Positions 1-14,020 of a stretch of DNA of 64,000 nt are shown here, one piece after another; the first letter of the stretch is position 1, and each line of letters opens with the position of its first letter. The notes beneath the pieces are model-generated. The model had not been told where the DNA came from. It saw only the letters and a list, made by a program, of their open reading frames with translations, and made no database searches. The position numbers and the translations under genes are program-made. The stretch is from NCBI RefSeq assembly GCF_009914755.1, contig NC_060928.1; one strand, 5' to 3'. Source of the DNA: the human T2T-CHM13v2.0 reference genome, Homo sapiens.

Positions 1-1930
1 AGAATGAAGTCTGTGAGAAGGAAACTAGACATGTAAAAACATTTAATTAGAGTAGTGGGGGCTGAAGAGATATTACAAGGAGTTACAGAAAGACTTAAGT
101 GTCAAAACCACATGTTTTTCAGATCCCAGAATATTCACAGCCATTAGAGGTAGATTCTTCTGCACCTCTTCCCGTCACACTATATTAATATTTCTCTGAG
201 TAGCTATCAAAATTGGAGTGACTATTTTTAAAGTACCTGAGATTTTAGACAGGACTGTCCTATACATACTTAAGAAAGGAAAAAAATCACCAGTACTAAT
301 AACTAAATAGTGAAAGTTCTTTTATCCACTAGAATGCCCATTTAGGTAGTCATGCATTCAACAGATGTTTTGAGAAACTCAAAGACCATGCACTGTCATA
401 CATAACCTCAATAAAAAATTCACATTCCTGCTCTCAGGTCTGCAACATTTTATTTCACAGGATACATTTAGTACATATGACAATGAAATGACTTACAGGA
501 ATAAGTGTGCATAAAATTCTAAGTACTACTATTATTTATAATGACACCAGAAATTTATGACTTAGAAATTTTTAGAAGTGTCATGCCTACAATTATATAT
601 TCTCCTGAGGGATTATGTTTAAAAAGATGCAACCATTTTTAATTTTCATCCTTAATCTCAATTAATTGGCATACAATATCAAGATAATGTTTTATAAATT
701 TCCCTATATAACATAAAGTCCTTCACATAAAGTCCTGCATTGATATATGCAGAGATTCTAATCTCTGCAATGATACATGAAATATTTAGTTTCCCAAACT
801 ATTTTCCAAAATTTAACACTAATTTTTTTTAAATATTTATTTTTAGTATAGCATTAAGCACATTATGTTAAACATATTTTATTTTGCTTTAATTCTTCAT
901 ATAGGCCCTCTGACAGCATTTCGGAGGGGATATTTATAAAACAATGATGTATGCTAAAAAGCCAGCTGCAAAATTCCCCTCATTTGGTCAACTCTTCCAG
1001 CTACATCACTCAACTCAAACACTGCCAAGAGTTCAGAATTAAGTCAGATAGCCTCAGATGATGAAAACAGCGATCACAAAGGCCACACTCCTTACTCACT
1101 AGGAGGGGTCCTCACAGCCATATTTGAAGCCCAATTATAATAAACTAGGTTAGATGGTTTTCTAATTCTCATCAGAGCATAAATGGCAAATGGGAACAAG
1201 GGGTGTGGGATATAGAGAGTTTCAGATGAGATAATGTCTATGAATGCCCTTTATAAACTACAAAGTCCTACAAGAAATGTAAAACACTAGTTTTTATATG
1301 TCTATAATAATAAAAATCAGTCATCAAGAGAAGACTAAATTGTGTTTAAGACAAAAATTAGTCTAAGTGACATTTTTAAAAAAGTTCCATCAAAAATTAC
1401 AATGTTTTCTTAAAATTCTGTGCCAAATATTCTAAAAAACTTATGCCATGGACACCTTCCATTTCTAACTGTGACAACTAAACGTGGTTTTATTGCAGTT
1501 CTTCTCAGATCCGCTAAGGAAAGAGAATAGAGATGGGTAGCTTTTTTTGGTGCCTCATGAAATAGGTACCAATCATTTAATATAGAATTGCAGCTGAAAC
1601 TAAATATTTATCATTTTGTGCTAAATCTGTTACAATCTTATACTAGTTCATAGCACAGAAATGCATAGTAAGTTTTAAATGTCTGGAAAAGATGCTGAAA
1701 AAATATATATCAATATTGTGTGTGTAAGACGGAGAATACATGTAAATATAATAGTCTAGTAAGACTATCATTATACCTTAGTGGTACAACAACATTATTT
1801 TAGTTCGCTAAGGTTCTCTAAAAACACATTCTGTGAATCACCGTTTCACTGTTATTTCCTCAAACATCTGTTCTATCAATGTTCCAAGCAAACACATTGT
1901 CTAATTCCATTTACAATGAGAATGGACAGA

Positions 1931-2035
1931 TTTTTTTTTCTTTTTTTTCTTTTATTATTATTATACTTTAAGTTTTAGGGTACATGTGCACAACGTGCAA
2001 GTTTGTTACATATGTATACATGTGCCATGTTGGTT
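1931..2035 (-). mobile_element. L1PA 3' end fragment (~100 bp) with poly(A)
   Basis: T-tract followed by ttatactttaagttttagggtacatgtgcacaacgtgc..., the reverse complement of the L1PA 3' terminus. No clear TSD. Confidence 0.9.
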
Positions 2036-3730
2036 TTACTATATGCAGATGATTTCTAAATATTTCCTGAATTTCAGGCAACATTTCAATGGCCTCTCCA
2101 GAATTTCTGCAAAGGAAGGATTGAGGAAGGTAAAGTGGTTGAGAAGGGCTGGAAAGTAGAATGACTAGTATTGATCTGAAGCTGTATTCGCAAACCAAAA
2201 GTACTATCTCTCTACTTAAATAAAAGAAACTCAACTATTGAGATGCATTTAGACAGAGTATATAAAGAATAACAGTAGCTGGAATAGCCCCCAAGCCATG
2301 CCTTCAATTTCTATAAAGCTTCCCCTTATTTTAAAGCCAGAGGGAATTTTTTTCTCTTTTGAACGCCCAGAATTTTATCTATATTTCTATGGCATTTATC
2401 ACTGTCAACTTTGTATTACAATTATTTATGTTAACTGTGCTGATGCCTGGAAATTAAGAGATGTTAAATAAGATGTTAACTGTACCCAAATATAAACCTG
2501 ATTAAATGCCAAATTTACATTTGAGTTTAGCTGGCATTTCATTCAATAATAACCCTTCCAGATGCTTTCTGTTATCTCGAAAGCATCTCCTGCAAATGGC
2601 TAGAGTCCTACATTAAAGAAAAAAATAAACGATAATGCCATCTGAACCCACAATTCAATTAATTGCTAAAGCAAATGAATCTAACCTTAACCAGGAACAT
2701 TAGACATTACCATTTCAGTTCCCTAATGAGAGGGCATAACCTCCAACCCTCTGCTGCCTGGTTCTTATCAAAATACAGGCGGCAAAAAATAAAATTTGAG
2801 AAATATTTCCTGAAGGCTAAAGGATTTTCTATACATCCATTCTAATTCCTCTAATTTTCCCTAATCTCCATTACCAAATCCTGCTTCCATTAAGCCAGGC
2901 CACAGTTATTTGGGCTCCTAATAGAATTGATTTTATTCAACTATACTAAAATGCTAAAACGCCTGCCTAGAATGAACATGATTACACAAAAAGAGCCCTA
3001 GGAAGCTCATTATTGTAATAACAGTGCATTTGTCATTGAGGACCTTTCTCAATATCATACCCTGTTTGTTACATGAGAGTCTTGGGGGAAAAAAATCACA
3101 GACTTCAGTAACAGGAACAGTTTTTCTTCTCCCAAGAAACTAGTTCATTTTTATTACAAACACTGAATACTACATAACTAATCAGTATCTGAAAGAAAAC
3201 TCAGAGTCAAATCTGTATCCTACTTGTAGGACAGTCTTGTGCCATAAATCCTTGGATACTAACTTTTTATTGGAGGTTATTTTTTCTTCTTTTACTTTCT
3301 CTTCTTGCTGACTTATTATATTGTCAATATTTTATTGTATGAATGTATAGGTTGCTACATATTCTTTGTCATATTGAAGAGGGTAGGTACTTGTTGAATG
3401 ACATATAAGTCCTATATTTCAAGCTAAAGCTACAACAGCATTATAGTTTAACTGATGTGAAACAAGAAAGCATATTCTTCCAGAAATTTGTGAATTATGG
3501 GATTAAATGTATTAGCAATGCTTGGCATTATCCAATATTTCACAAATATATGAGTATTCTCAGAAAAAGTTGAGGAAGCATAAATTATTATTTGTATTAT
3601 TCTTAGGAAAATGACAATTCATAAGCCTAAATCTTGCTTTTCTTTAATTTCTTAATGATTCACACTGTCCAATGGTCACAAAAATATAAAATATATAAAA
3701 CATTTATTTTTAATTTGGGCATTTGATTCT

Positions 3731-4812
<1,082 letters not shown>

Positions 4813-4992
4813 CTATGTTGCTGTGGATTCTGTTTATATTAATAAATGCACATACCCAAACTATAATCTCACTCATCTTGGCAGAAGACATATCTGAACC
4901 AAAACAGCATGCTTTCTGTTATTTATTTCCTTTCATTGATTTGTAAAATATAAAAGCAAATCAAACAACAATATAACAATAAAAAACTAAAT

Positions 4993-5300
4993 TAGCTTGG
5001 CGAAGTGCTTCATGCCTATAATCCCAACACAGTGAGAGACCAAGGATGGTGGATCACTTAAGCCAGGAGTCTGAGACCAGCCTAGGCAATATAGTGAGGC
5101 CCTGTCTCTACAAAAATAAACAAATAAATTATCCAGGCATATAGGCATGTACCTGTGGTCCCAGCTACTGTGTTGAGAGGCTGAGATGAGAGGACTTGCT
5201 TGAACCCTGGAGGTCAAGACTGCAGTGAGCCATGATTGCACCACTGCACACCAGTCTGGGCAACAGGGCAAGACCCCATCTCAAAAGAAAAGAAAAAATA
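4993..5300 (+). mobile_element. AluJ (old, diverged)
   Basis: Dimeric Alu with J-type segments (cacttaagccaggagt, ggaggtcaagactgcagtgagccatgattg) and A-tail. Approximate TSD aataaaaaact(a/g)aat. Confidence 0.9.
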
Positions 5301-5392
5301 AAAAACTGAATCAAAGCAGTCATCCACTCTACTTCTTTCTAGGGTGATTTTTCCTAAAAATTAAATTAGGTGGGTGGAAAAAAGGATCAGCC

Positions 5393-5520
5393 CTATATTG
5401 TTTTTCTATTGCTGCCATAACAAATTGCCACAAATTTAATGGCTTAAAACAACACAAACTTATCTTTCAGTTCTGTAGATCAGAAGGCTGACTGGTGTCA
5501 AGGTGTTAGCAGGGACAATT
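5393..5520 (-). mobile_element. MLT1 (MaLR) LTR fragment
   Basis: ttgctgccataacaaattgccacaaatttaatggcttaaaacaacaca matches the typical MLT1 terminus. Confidence 0.75.
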
Positions 5521-7039
5521 TCCAAAAGCTCTGAATGCACTGGTACTATTCTCTTTCAACCTAACTTCTCACACATGCCAGTTCCACTCTTTCTCAACAC
5601 CCCTTAGATCCCATTGAATTCATTAATCATTCCCAGGCTACACTCCTCCCAATTCTAATGTAACTGCAGAGAGCCTAAGCTGAAAGTTTCAAGAACTTCC
5701 TACTTGAGGTGGGAGAGTGGGGTCCAAGAAATTCCATTACATTCCCCTTTTGAGTGTCAAACACTTCTTTCCAAGTCTCTGCTGGTATCAACCACAGCCA
5801 GCTATGTCAATGACCTTTTTATTCAGCTGATTATGTTGGAGGTTCTCAGGTAAGCTCTCTGTTCCATGCAAAATGACATCATGAGGAATAGAGGTAAGGC
5901 ACAAGAATGCATTTATCAGGGCTCTCTGCTGTAACACCTTGGCCAAGAGGAATAGAGAAAGAGATGAGTAAAGAAAACCAATCTGCAACTCAGAGCTGGA
6001 AAACAGCAGAAGGAAAAAAACAGAGACAAAAAAAGAAGAAAAAAAGAAGAGAAGAAAGGTTAGTTCAATCAATCTCTATGTTCCAAATTCAGAGGGTTGG
6101 CAAAATGGAAGAGAGAAAGAGCACAAGTGAGAGGCAAAGAGACAGGACATGAACTTCTGAGGAGTTCTTCTGCCTTTTACCGCACAGTAAATATCCACTC
6201 TAACCCTTCTCCTCTCCTAGTATGTTACATGCCTATTGTAGATGTGCTGCAACACACACAATATATCTGTTGCTAAAATTCCATAAAGAAAGGTAAAATA
6301 TTGAAAAATGTTAACGTACAGAAAAGAGTTGATTTTTTCTTTTGTGAAAGAAAATGAAGTTTAAAAAAATGAAATTAAGCAACAGTTTAAGGACCTTTGT
6401 CATTTAAGAGTCAGTTTATTAACTGAACACCTAAAAAACATTATGGGTACTGTGGCTTACCCATCGCTATTGTACTTGTGCAATTACAGGGGGAAAGGAT
6501 GGGGACACAAGAAGTGAGGAAGAGGAAGAATGTTATGAAGGAAATTGAGTTTGAAGATGAGTTGAAGTAGAGGTTCCACCTACCCCAATTTTCTGAAAGT
6601 CTTAATAATCTCTAGTAAAATGCTTTTCATAAGTGTTTGACATTTATGAAATCCATGGCATATAAAATTTTATTCATTAAAAAAACTCTTAGCTACTTTT
6701 CATAAAGAGTATAAATTGTTGCTTACTGTATCTGTTTTAGTTTTTCATGTTGGGCTTTTCATGTTAAGATATTTTACCTAGCAATTTTCCTTAGTCATGA
6801 TGAGGTTTATTAGGATGTGCAAGAAAACCTCTATGAAAAGACTTATATTGGATGGCTAAAGCCATAGTAGGATCAAAGACTGTAAACAATTTTATTAACC
6901 TAGTCAATTCAGCAAACCAAGAACTGCTGATTAAATGCTCATTTTTTTATGCTTTCCATATTAACATACCTAATTTCCAGGCTAAAAGATAAGATTAATC
7001 CTCCTTGTTTTTGGCATAAAGGAGAAACCCTAGCTTGGT

Positions 7040-7175
7040 TGATACAGGATTTGGGTTCTGGTCACATCTTTGCTATTAACTAGCATTACTTGTGAAAAGT
7101 CATTTAAACTCTCTGGAGCTCAGTTTCATAATCTAAAAACTTAAAAGAGTTTTACTAGATAATCTCTAAGATGTC
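7040..7175 (+). mobile_element. MIR SINE fragment
   Basis: Core aagtcatttaaactctctggagctcagtttc. Confidence 0.65.
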
Positions 7176-7339
7176 TCCCAATTCAATTACTCTATTATTT
7201 AAATTATATTCTAATATTAGAGCTCCCAAGACATGAATTTGAAAAGCTGCTCCCTGCCAATATCCCGAAACCCACTTATTCCCATAATAAATAATTTAAA
7301 AGATGATTGTAAGACTCATATACTTAACTCCTTAAGAAA

Positions 7340-7522
7340 GTAGGTCGCAAACTTTAGTGTGCCAAAGAATTTAGGTCCCAACCTCAGAGACTTTTCCATG
7401 TTCCAACTCCAGAGAGTCTGATTCAAAAGGACTGGGATGGTGATCAGAAATCTGCAGTTTTAACAAGTACTTCAGATGCTACAAATAGTAGTTGCCTGGA
7501 AATCATAGTTTGAGAAAAACTG
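7340..7522. mobile_element. MER5-type hAT-Charlie MITE
   Basis: ccagagagtctgattc...atctgcagttttaacaag...tttgagaaaaactg. Confidence 0.65.
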
Positions 7523-8261
7523 CCTTAAAATTAATGTGCCAATCAAAATGAACTTTTGGATGTTTATTCTTTTGCTCCAAAATGAATTTTAAGATGACTA
7601 TTTAAAGAAAACATGAATAAATGGAACCTATGAATTCAACTATATGTAATAATCGAAATACATAATAGTCATCTGCTAAAGATATAGTAAGTCCTATATA
7701 CATTTCACAGATTTTTACAATTTTATAGAATAACTCAAGGTGTCTTAACAGATATTTTATAAAAAACGTATTCTTTCATTCAGTAGAAAAGCGATATCTA
7801 CCAACAGTCAGTTGTTATAGGAGGGAAAAAGCTTTAAAAGATCCAACAATTAAAAAATAGTTTAAAGGAAACGTAAAATCCAAAATAACCTAACTTTTTG
7901 ATCTTAGACATTATTCAAAAAAGCATTATTAAACATACCAAAGTGCATGATCATCCTGAACCTTCCTGAGTTAAGGAGATTAGTGACTGATAACTATTAA
8001 AGCTAGGATTATGCATTATATTACATTTTGAGGATATGTATTAAAGATATAGTCATTGCTCCTAAAAAGATAAGCTAGATTCTAATCAACATTAATAGGC
8101 TTAAAATTAGTAGTGACAGGTATAATTTAAAGCATAGGAATTCTGTGTGGGTAAACAGGAATTCAATCCAGATCAGTTCAACTATTCCTTCGGCGCTTGC
8201 TATTTTCCTTCTGCAGTTGGGTGAATATAGAAAAGACCATATCATGGTCAACATCTCCTGG

Positions 8262-8416
8262 GCAGTGTTTTTCAAACTTTAAAGTGTAAATAAATCACCT
8301 GGAGACCTTGTCAGAACACAGATTCTGATTCAGCAGGCTAAGATTCAGTATTCCTAATAAATGCCCAGGTAACACTGATGCTTCTGCTCCCTGAACAACG
8401 GTTTAAGTAGCAAGGC
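8262..8416. mobile_element. MER5-type hAT-Charlie MITE
   Basis: cagtgtttttcaaactt...aatcacctggagaccttgt...cagattctgattcagcagg. Confidence 0.7.
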
Positions 8417-8477
8417 CTCAGGGCATTTGAACCCTATTGTGTTGAAAAAAGAAAATCCCATGAATCAAATTAGGTCA

Positions 8478-9073
8478 CTGTGGCAAATTGTATTTTCCAA
8501 AGATGGCCATATTACAATTGTTCTTATCCCACATGATTTTCCAAGTGTGACCTTGGCACTCCCTCATCAAGAGATAGAGTTTAATTTCCTTGCCCTTGAA
8601 TCTAGGCCAGCTTTCATGACTCACTTGCAACCGAAAGAATGTGGTAGAAGTGTCACTGCAGGACTTCTGAGCCCAGATGACAAGACTTGCAGCTTCTGCT
8701 GTGGTCTCATGGAATACTCTCCTCAGATGCTTCCTCTCAGAGCCCAGCAGCCACACTGGGAGAAACCCAAACCATATGGAGAGGCTGTGTAGGTGCTCTC
8801 ATGACAGTCCAAGCCTTAGAATCAACTCAGCCCAGGCACCAGACATGTGAATGAAGAAGCCTCCAGAGAGCCCCCACACTCAGCCATTCAAATCACTCCC
8901 AGTCAGTTGAGCATTCCCAGGCGAGGAACCCAGACTTTCTGAAGCAAAGATAAATCATCCACACTTGCCCTCTTGGAATGCCTAACATACAAAATCCATG
9001 AACATAGTAAATTAACTGTTGTTTTATGCTCTAATTTTGAGGTGATCTGTTCTACAACGATGGAAAACTGCAA
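8478..9073 (+). mobile_element. MLT1 (G/H-like) solo LTR
   Basis: Starts tgtggcaaattgtattttccaaagatggcc, contains cccttgaatctagg, ends with an MLT1-type tail. Explains ORFs 8427..8792 and 8475..8756. Confidence 0.75.
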
Positions 9074-9619
9074 GAATGGAATTAGAGTTAATGTAGAGAA
9101 AGGATATCTACTAAATAAAGGAAAAAAACCATACGTTATTTTTAATAGTTTAAACAAAGCTGTGTGGTTAAGAAAGGGAAAGTCTGGTGATAGAGACAAA
9201 GTATCCAAAATCATTAAAAAAAAAAAAAAACTCAAGGAAAAAGTCTGGCTGGAATAGAAGATGAGTTCTAAGATGAGGCAAGAGATTATAATATAAATTA
9301 AATGGGGAGGATTATAAAGAAACTTTAAAGGAATCAGTAACAGATAGTAACCAAGTAGATGAAAATTTGAGAATGGAACATGAACTATTAAGATTTTAAG
9401 ATTTTTTTTGTTCCATCAATGATACTTTTTTTGTTAGACTTATTAGAACAACCATGGAGCAAAACAGAAATCAAACAACGGAAAGCAAAGAAAAAGTTCT
9501 AAGGAAAGAAGCAGAAGCAATGCAAAAAGACACCCACAGAGCATAAACAGAAGCGGAAAGAAAGAAAAGAATTATGGCACAATGGCGAAAATGGCTCATA
9601 AAACCTGTTGATACTTCTG

Positions 9620-10165
9620 CTGAACAAATATTTTTGAAACCCTGCTATGGGGTCATTCAGTGTTCCAGGAACTGCGGATAATACGTGAGGAGCATGACAG
9701 AGTCACTGCCCCATTAAAGCTAAAATACTAGTGAGGACAATAAACCAGTAAACAGGTAAATAAAAGGACAGGCTAAGCATTCTTAATCTTAAAATCCAAA
9801 ATTTGAACTGCTCTAAAATCAAAACTTTTTGAGCACTGACATGATGCCACAAGTAAAAAGTTCTACACCTGCCCTCATGTGACAGGGTGCAGTCAGAATG
9901 CACTGAAAACTTTGTTTCATGCACAAAATTATTTTATAATATTGTACAAAATTACCTTCAGGCTATGTGTATAAGGTGTATATGAAACATAAGTAAACTT
10001 TGTGTTTAGTCTTGGGTCTCACCCCCAAGGTACTCATTGTGCACATGCAAATATTCCAAAATTCAAAGCACTTCTGTTCCGAAGTGTTTCAGGTAAGGAA
10101 TACTCAACCTGTACTTTTACATAGTGATAAGTATCATGAAGAAAATAAAGCAGAGTGAAGGGATA
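9620..10165 (-). mobile_element. L2 3' fragment interrupted by Tigger4
   Basis: aacaaatatttttgaaaccctgctatg... resumes as gtgataagtatcatgaagaaaataaagcag after 10113. Confidence 0.55.
9769..10111. mobile_element. Tigger4 (MER46-type) MITE, copy 1
   Basis: Degenerate TIRs caggctaagcattct / aggaatactcaacctg followed by TA. Reverse-complement homolog of 39088-39436. Confidence 0.8.
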
Positions 10166-10475
10166 TAACTATTTGGTAAAGGGGAAATGGGAAGAGGCGA
10201 TACATAAGATTTATATATACTTAAAATAACCAAGAAAGAGCCCACGAAAAAATAGTAATAGTAGCAGTAGTGAAATAGCAGTAGTTGTAGCGTAGTAATT
10301 TTAGTAGTAGTTATAGTACTAAAAGCTTAAGAAAAGGTAGTAATGAGAGAAAAAGCTAAGAGTTATTAGGGATAAAAAAAGGTTACCAGCAAATGAAGAG
10401 AAAGCCCAAGACAGCTTCCTAACTATAATCCACCAGATGTTCCAGTCAGAAAGCTTGGAGTCATTCTTGATCCTC

Positions 10476-10665
10476 TGTAGCAGAGGCTGCTGGCACTCAC
10501 CAATGCCTGCGTGTTCTTCTCTTCCTAGGTACATAGGAGAACTGTAATTCCAGTTTCCTCCACAATTAGGTGTGTCCAGATTCCAGCCAAGGTGTGTGGC
10601 TGGAAGTGATAAATGCTACTTCTCAGCTTGGCCCATAAATTCCTCCAACAGCATCCTCCATGCCA
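10476..10665 (+). mobile_element. MLT1J-like LTR fragment
   Basis: tgtagcagaggctgctgg start and ggaagtgataaatgctacttctcagcttggcccataaa motif. Confidence 0.55.
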
Positions 10666-10699
10666 CACAATGGGAGAAGAGAGAAGGCAGGTGTTTGAT

Positions 10700-10983
10700 T
10701 CTACTTTCCCTCCCGACCACACTATGGTGTTCACAGTACCGGTATCTGCTCCCCTCCGACTGCTCTTCCACATACCTAGCTCTAATACCATTTCCCTGTT
10801 TTGCCCCTTGAGGTCTAGGGACAATAACAGCACCCAGCTTTTCATGAGTTCTGGGTGACTCGCCATTCCATGTTAGTTCCTTATCACCGCCCACACTTCT
10901 GTAAACGGTCCCTTCATGAAACTCCTCTCAGTTAAACATTTTAAAGAATGTCACTGCTCCCTGTCAGAACCTTGACAGCTATG
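10700..10983 (+). mobile_element. ERVL LTR fragment (LTR33-like)
   Basis: cccacacttctgtaaacggtcccttcatgaaactcctctcagttaaac resembles the LTR33 3' part. Confidence 0.5.
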
Positions 10984-12460
10984 TCTGGCTTTCTCATTAA
11001 AATTTAAATAAAGATTATGATACTTAAGTATTAAAGAGAACTAATGAAAATGACAGAACTTTGGAACCGAAAATGATCTTGGGAATCACCTTGAGACTGT
11101 CCTCTTCATTGTATGCTGATGGTATCAAGGACCAATAATAAAACAGATGAGTAAGTTTTTTCCTTTTTACATTTTTTTACATAATCAGTACATATACATC
11201 ACAGCAAAAGAAAATGTGTATTACATGCCAAGCTTTTAACATTATTCAGAATACTTATTTATGATATTTATATTTTCAAGAAAAAAAGTAATGAGATCCA
11301 ATTCTTAAAATTAACACTCAGAAACTAGTTCTACATTGGAACAGCATCCACCTAAGCTGGAAGGCAGAGAGCATATATTTCTCAGTTCTCATTCTTTCAA
11401 TGAAATCCTACTCTGTTTATAGGGCTGCCAAATGGCTGAACCAGCCCAAAACAGTTTACAGTATTGAAATATGCTGACTTTTTTTCCCGATAATCTTCTT
11501 ATGATGGAAAAAACAAGCTTCAACCAAAACTAACCCTGATCATGAATGTCAGCTCCTGATCAAGAGCCACACCCTGCCTGCAAGTAACATTAAGATGCTA
11601 AATAAAGCATCTCTCCAGCTAGAAGCTCAGTAGTCATGGCAAATGTCCATTATCAAGAGCCAAGGATAAAGACTGTCTAGTTTCCTTTGTTTTCATTTAA
11701 ATTTGCTCTATAGCACTCATCTCGTATCTTGAGCTTCTTCTCATATTCTTGTTCTGAGATGCATTATCAAATATGTAACATTCTAAAGAAAGGAGAAGGC
11801 ATATCTATCAAAAGAAGCTATACCTTGCTTCAAACTAAGACTCGACCCTGGTATATTAAATATGACATTAAAGCGTTCGTTACTTTAAATAGCTACATTT
11901 GTTGATCTAATGTGTGTCAGGCAGAATCCAATGTGTTTCACAGATTTTCTTTAATTCTCCTAAATTTTTTCCCCACACCTTTGCTGTATGAACATGAAAT
12001 TTCGCACAAACATGGTACTGTTCTATAAGAAATGGTATGGTTCTATAACAAATACATTAAAATTATGTGCTACTACCAAAATATGTCTCTTAATGTCATA
12101 ATCTTGGTAATAGTAAGCTTACATATAAGTGATTTTCCAAGCACTTATATTTGTTATTTCTAACAAAATTATCAAAAGAAGAGCAGAGTGTGCTTTCTGT
12201 TACATATGCTAGCTGATCAATGATTTTGTTATTTTTAAACTGTGGATGTTTATCACAGGGATGTGAGTTGGAATTAGAAAAAAAAATTTTCAACAACAAA
12301 GTATATATTTTATAGAATAGCTGCCCTCTCTTACAATCAAGTACATCAATGAACTAGACTACCGAGGTTGGTGAAATCTCATTACAACAGTAGCTGACCA
12401 ATAGCTGGTCAGATATACTAACAATCAAATATAAATGGCAAGTCCCAGCCTTCAAGCTTG

Positions 12461-12475
12461 AGTACATTCTGTTCT
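12461..12475. promoter_or_regulatory. Candidate GRE/ARE palindrome
   Basis: AGTACAttcTGTTCT against consensus RGNACAnnnTGTYCT. Motif only, function untested. Confidence 0.4.
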
Positions 12476-12893
12476 TTAGATGGCCACATGAGAACAGAGT
12501 AAACAGATCAGTGCTGATCTGCACCCTGAGATTCACAGGCTGCAAACAAAATGGAGCTCCCCCCCACCAAGAGAATTTAGGCACCTAAGTTTTTTAGGTC
12601 CAAATATATGGTACCATAACTGCAATAGCAATGCCAATTTACAAATACGTAGCCCATTTAAAATTCATTTGCTCATTCAGTCATTAAAACTAAATTGCAT
12701 TATTTAAAAACTAGACTCAAGAAATTAAAATGGCATGCCCAAGGTCACATTGTGAGTGGCACAACTAAGACATGCTCTTAACTGATGTTCTTTTTACTCT
12801 TATAGAGTAGAATAAGGTCCCGGACCTTTAAGAAACACCAATTCTGGAGCTCCACTGTAGACTTACTAAATCTAAACCTCTGAGGTTGGGTCT

Positions 12894-13410
12894 TGTAGTA
12901 GGCAGAATTCTAAGGTGGCCCCCCCAAATTCCTATACCCCAGCCAACAGTGTGCACATCCTGCATAATCCCTCCCTTTGAGTGTGGGCAGGACCTGTGAA
13001 TATGATGAAATGTCATGCCCATGATTAGGTTACATATGTGGCAAAGGAAGGGGGTTTTGCAGATGCAATTAAGGTCTTAATTTAGTTGATTTGAGTTGAT
13101 TACTTGAAAGGGAGAGTATCCTGTGTGGGACTGACTTCAGCAGGTGAGAGCTCTTCAAATTAGGGTTGGGTTTCTTCTGAAGCTAGAGAATCTTCCGCTG
13201 GCCTTGAAGAAGCAAATGGCCAGGCAGTGAGCCGTCTATGCAGATGATTACATGTTAAAGATCTGAGTGTGGCCTCTAGGAGAAAAGATTGGTTTCTAGC
13301 TGACATCTAACAAGAAAATGTGGATCTCAATTAGCCACAAGGAAATTCAATTTTGCCACCAACCTGAACGAACTTGAAAGTGATTCTTCCCAAATTAAGC
13401 CTCTAAACAG
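12894..13410 (+). mobile_element. MLT1E-like LTR
   Basis: tgtagtaggcagaattctaaggtggccccc start and ctttgagtgtgggcaggacctgtgaatatgatg. Confidence 0.75.
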
Positions 13411-13424
13411 CATAAACTTTGACC

Positions 13425-13765
13425 TCATGGCCAATAGCACTGTAATTCATGCTTGAGCAAAGACATAGTTTCTAACCATTTTAACCGGTCAGATCACCAA
13501 CAAAAAGCACAAAACTGTGAAATGTGTGGCACTAAACAGACCTCAAAAAAGACATTTGATTGCAGTATGAAAGCTGATATAAAAAGGCAGATCACTGCCT
13601 TGTTTGATTTTAGCTGGGAATATGTGCCTTTTTAGGCAACTCAAATTTTTTGCTGCTCTGTTTGACCACAAAAGCTCCCAAAATATTGATTTTTAGGGCT
13701 ACAAATAAATCTTAGCAAGTAAGCAAATGTGAAAAAAAAATCCATGAATAATGAAGGACCAACTG
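13425..13765. mobile_element. MER82 (Tigger family) fragment
   Basis: atcaccaacaaaaagcacaaaa...gtggcactaaa..., ending at TIR-like gaataatgaaggaccaactg followed by TA. Confidence 0.75.
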
Positions 13766-14020
13766 TATATTGAAATGTTAACCGATGTTGCATTTATTTA
13801 CTATATTTCCTGAATTTTTACACTGAACATGTATTTTTTTAAAAAACCCTGCATTTTGAAAAAATAATAAATTTCTCAATTCAACCACAGCAAATTCTGC
13901 ACCTTCTGCCTACCTTATGAATAGTTTTATTAGCTCTGTATTAAAACTGTATGCTTACTTCTGAATCCTTTAATTGACTGTCGACTGATGTAAGACAGTA
14001 CATGGCACATAAGCAGTGGT

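Noticed and set aside
2560-2588. 10-bp hairpin agatgctttc/gaaagcatct (similar one at 31118-31150)
   Set aside because: Isolated short inverted repeats with no supporting context; a few are expected in 64 kb.
6172-6180. gccttttac matching U5 snRNA loop I
   Set aside because: Only 9 nt match; flanks do not resemble U5.
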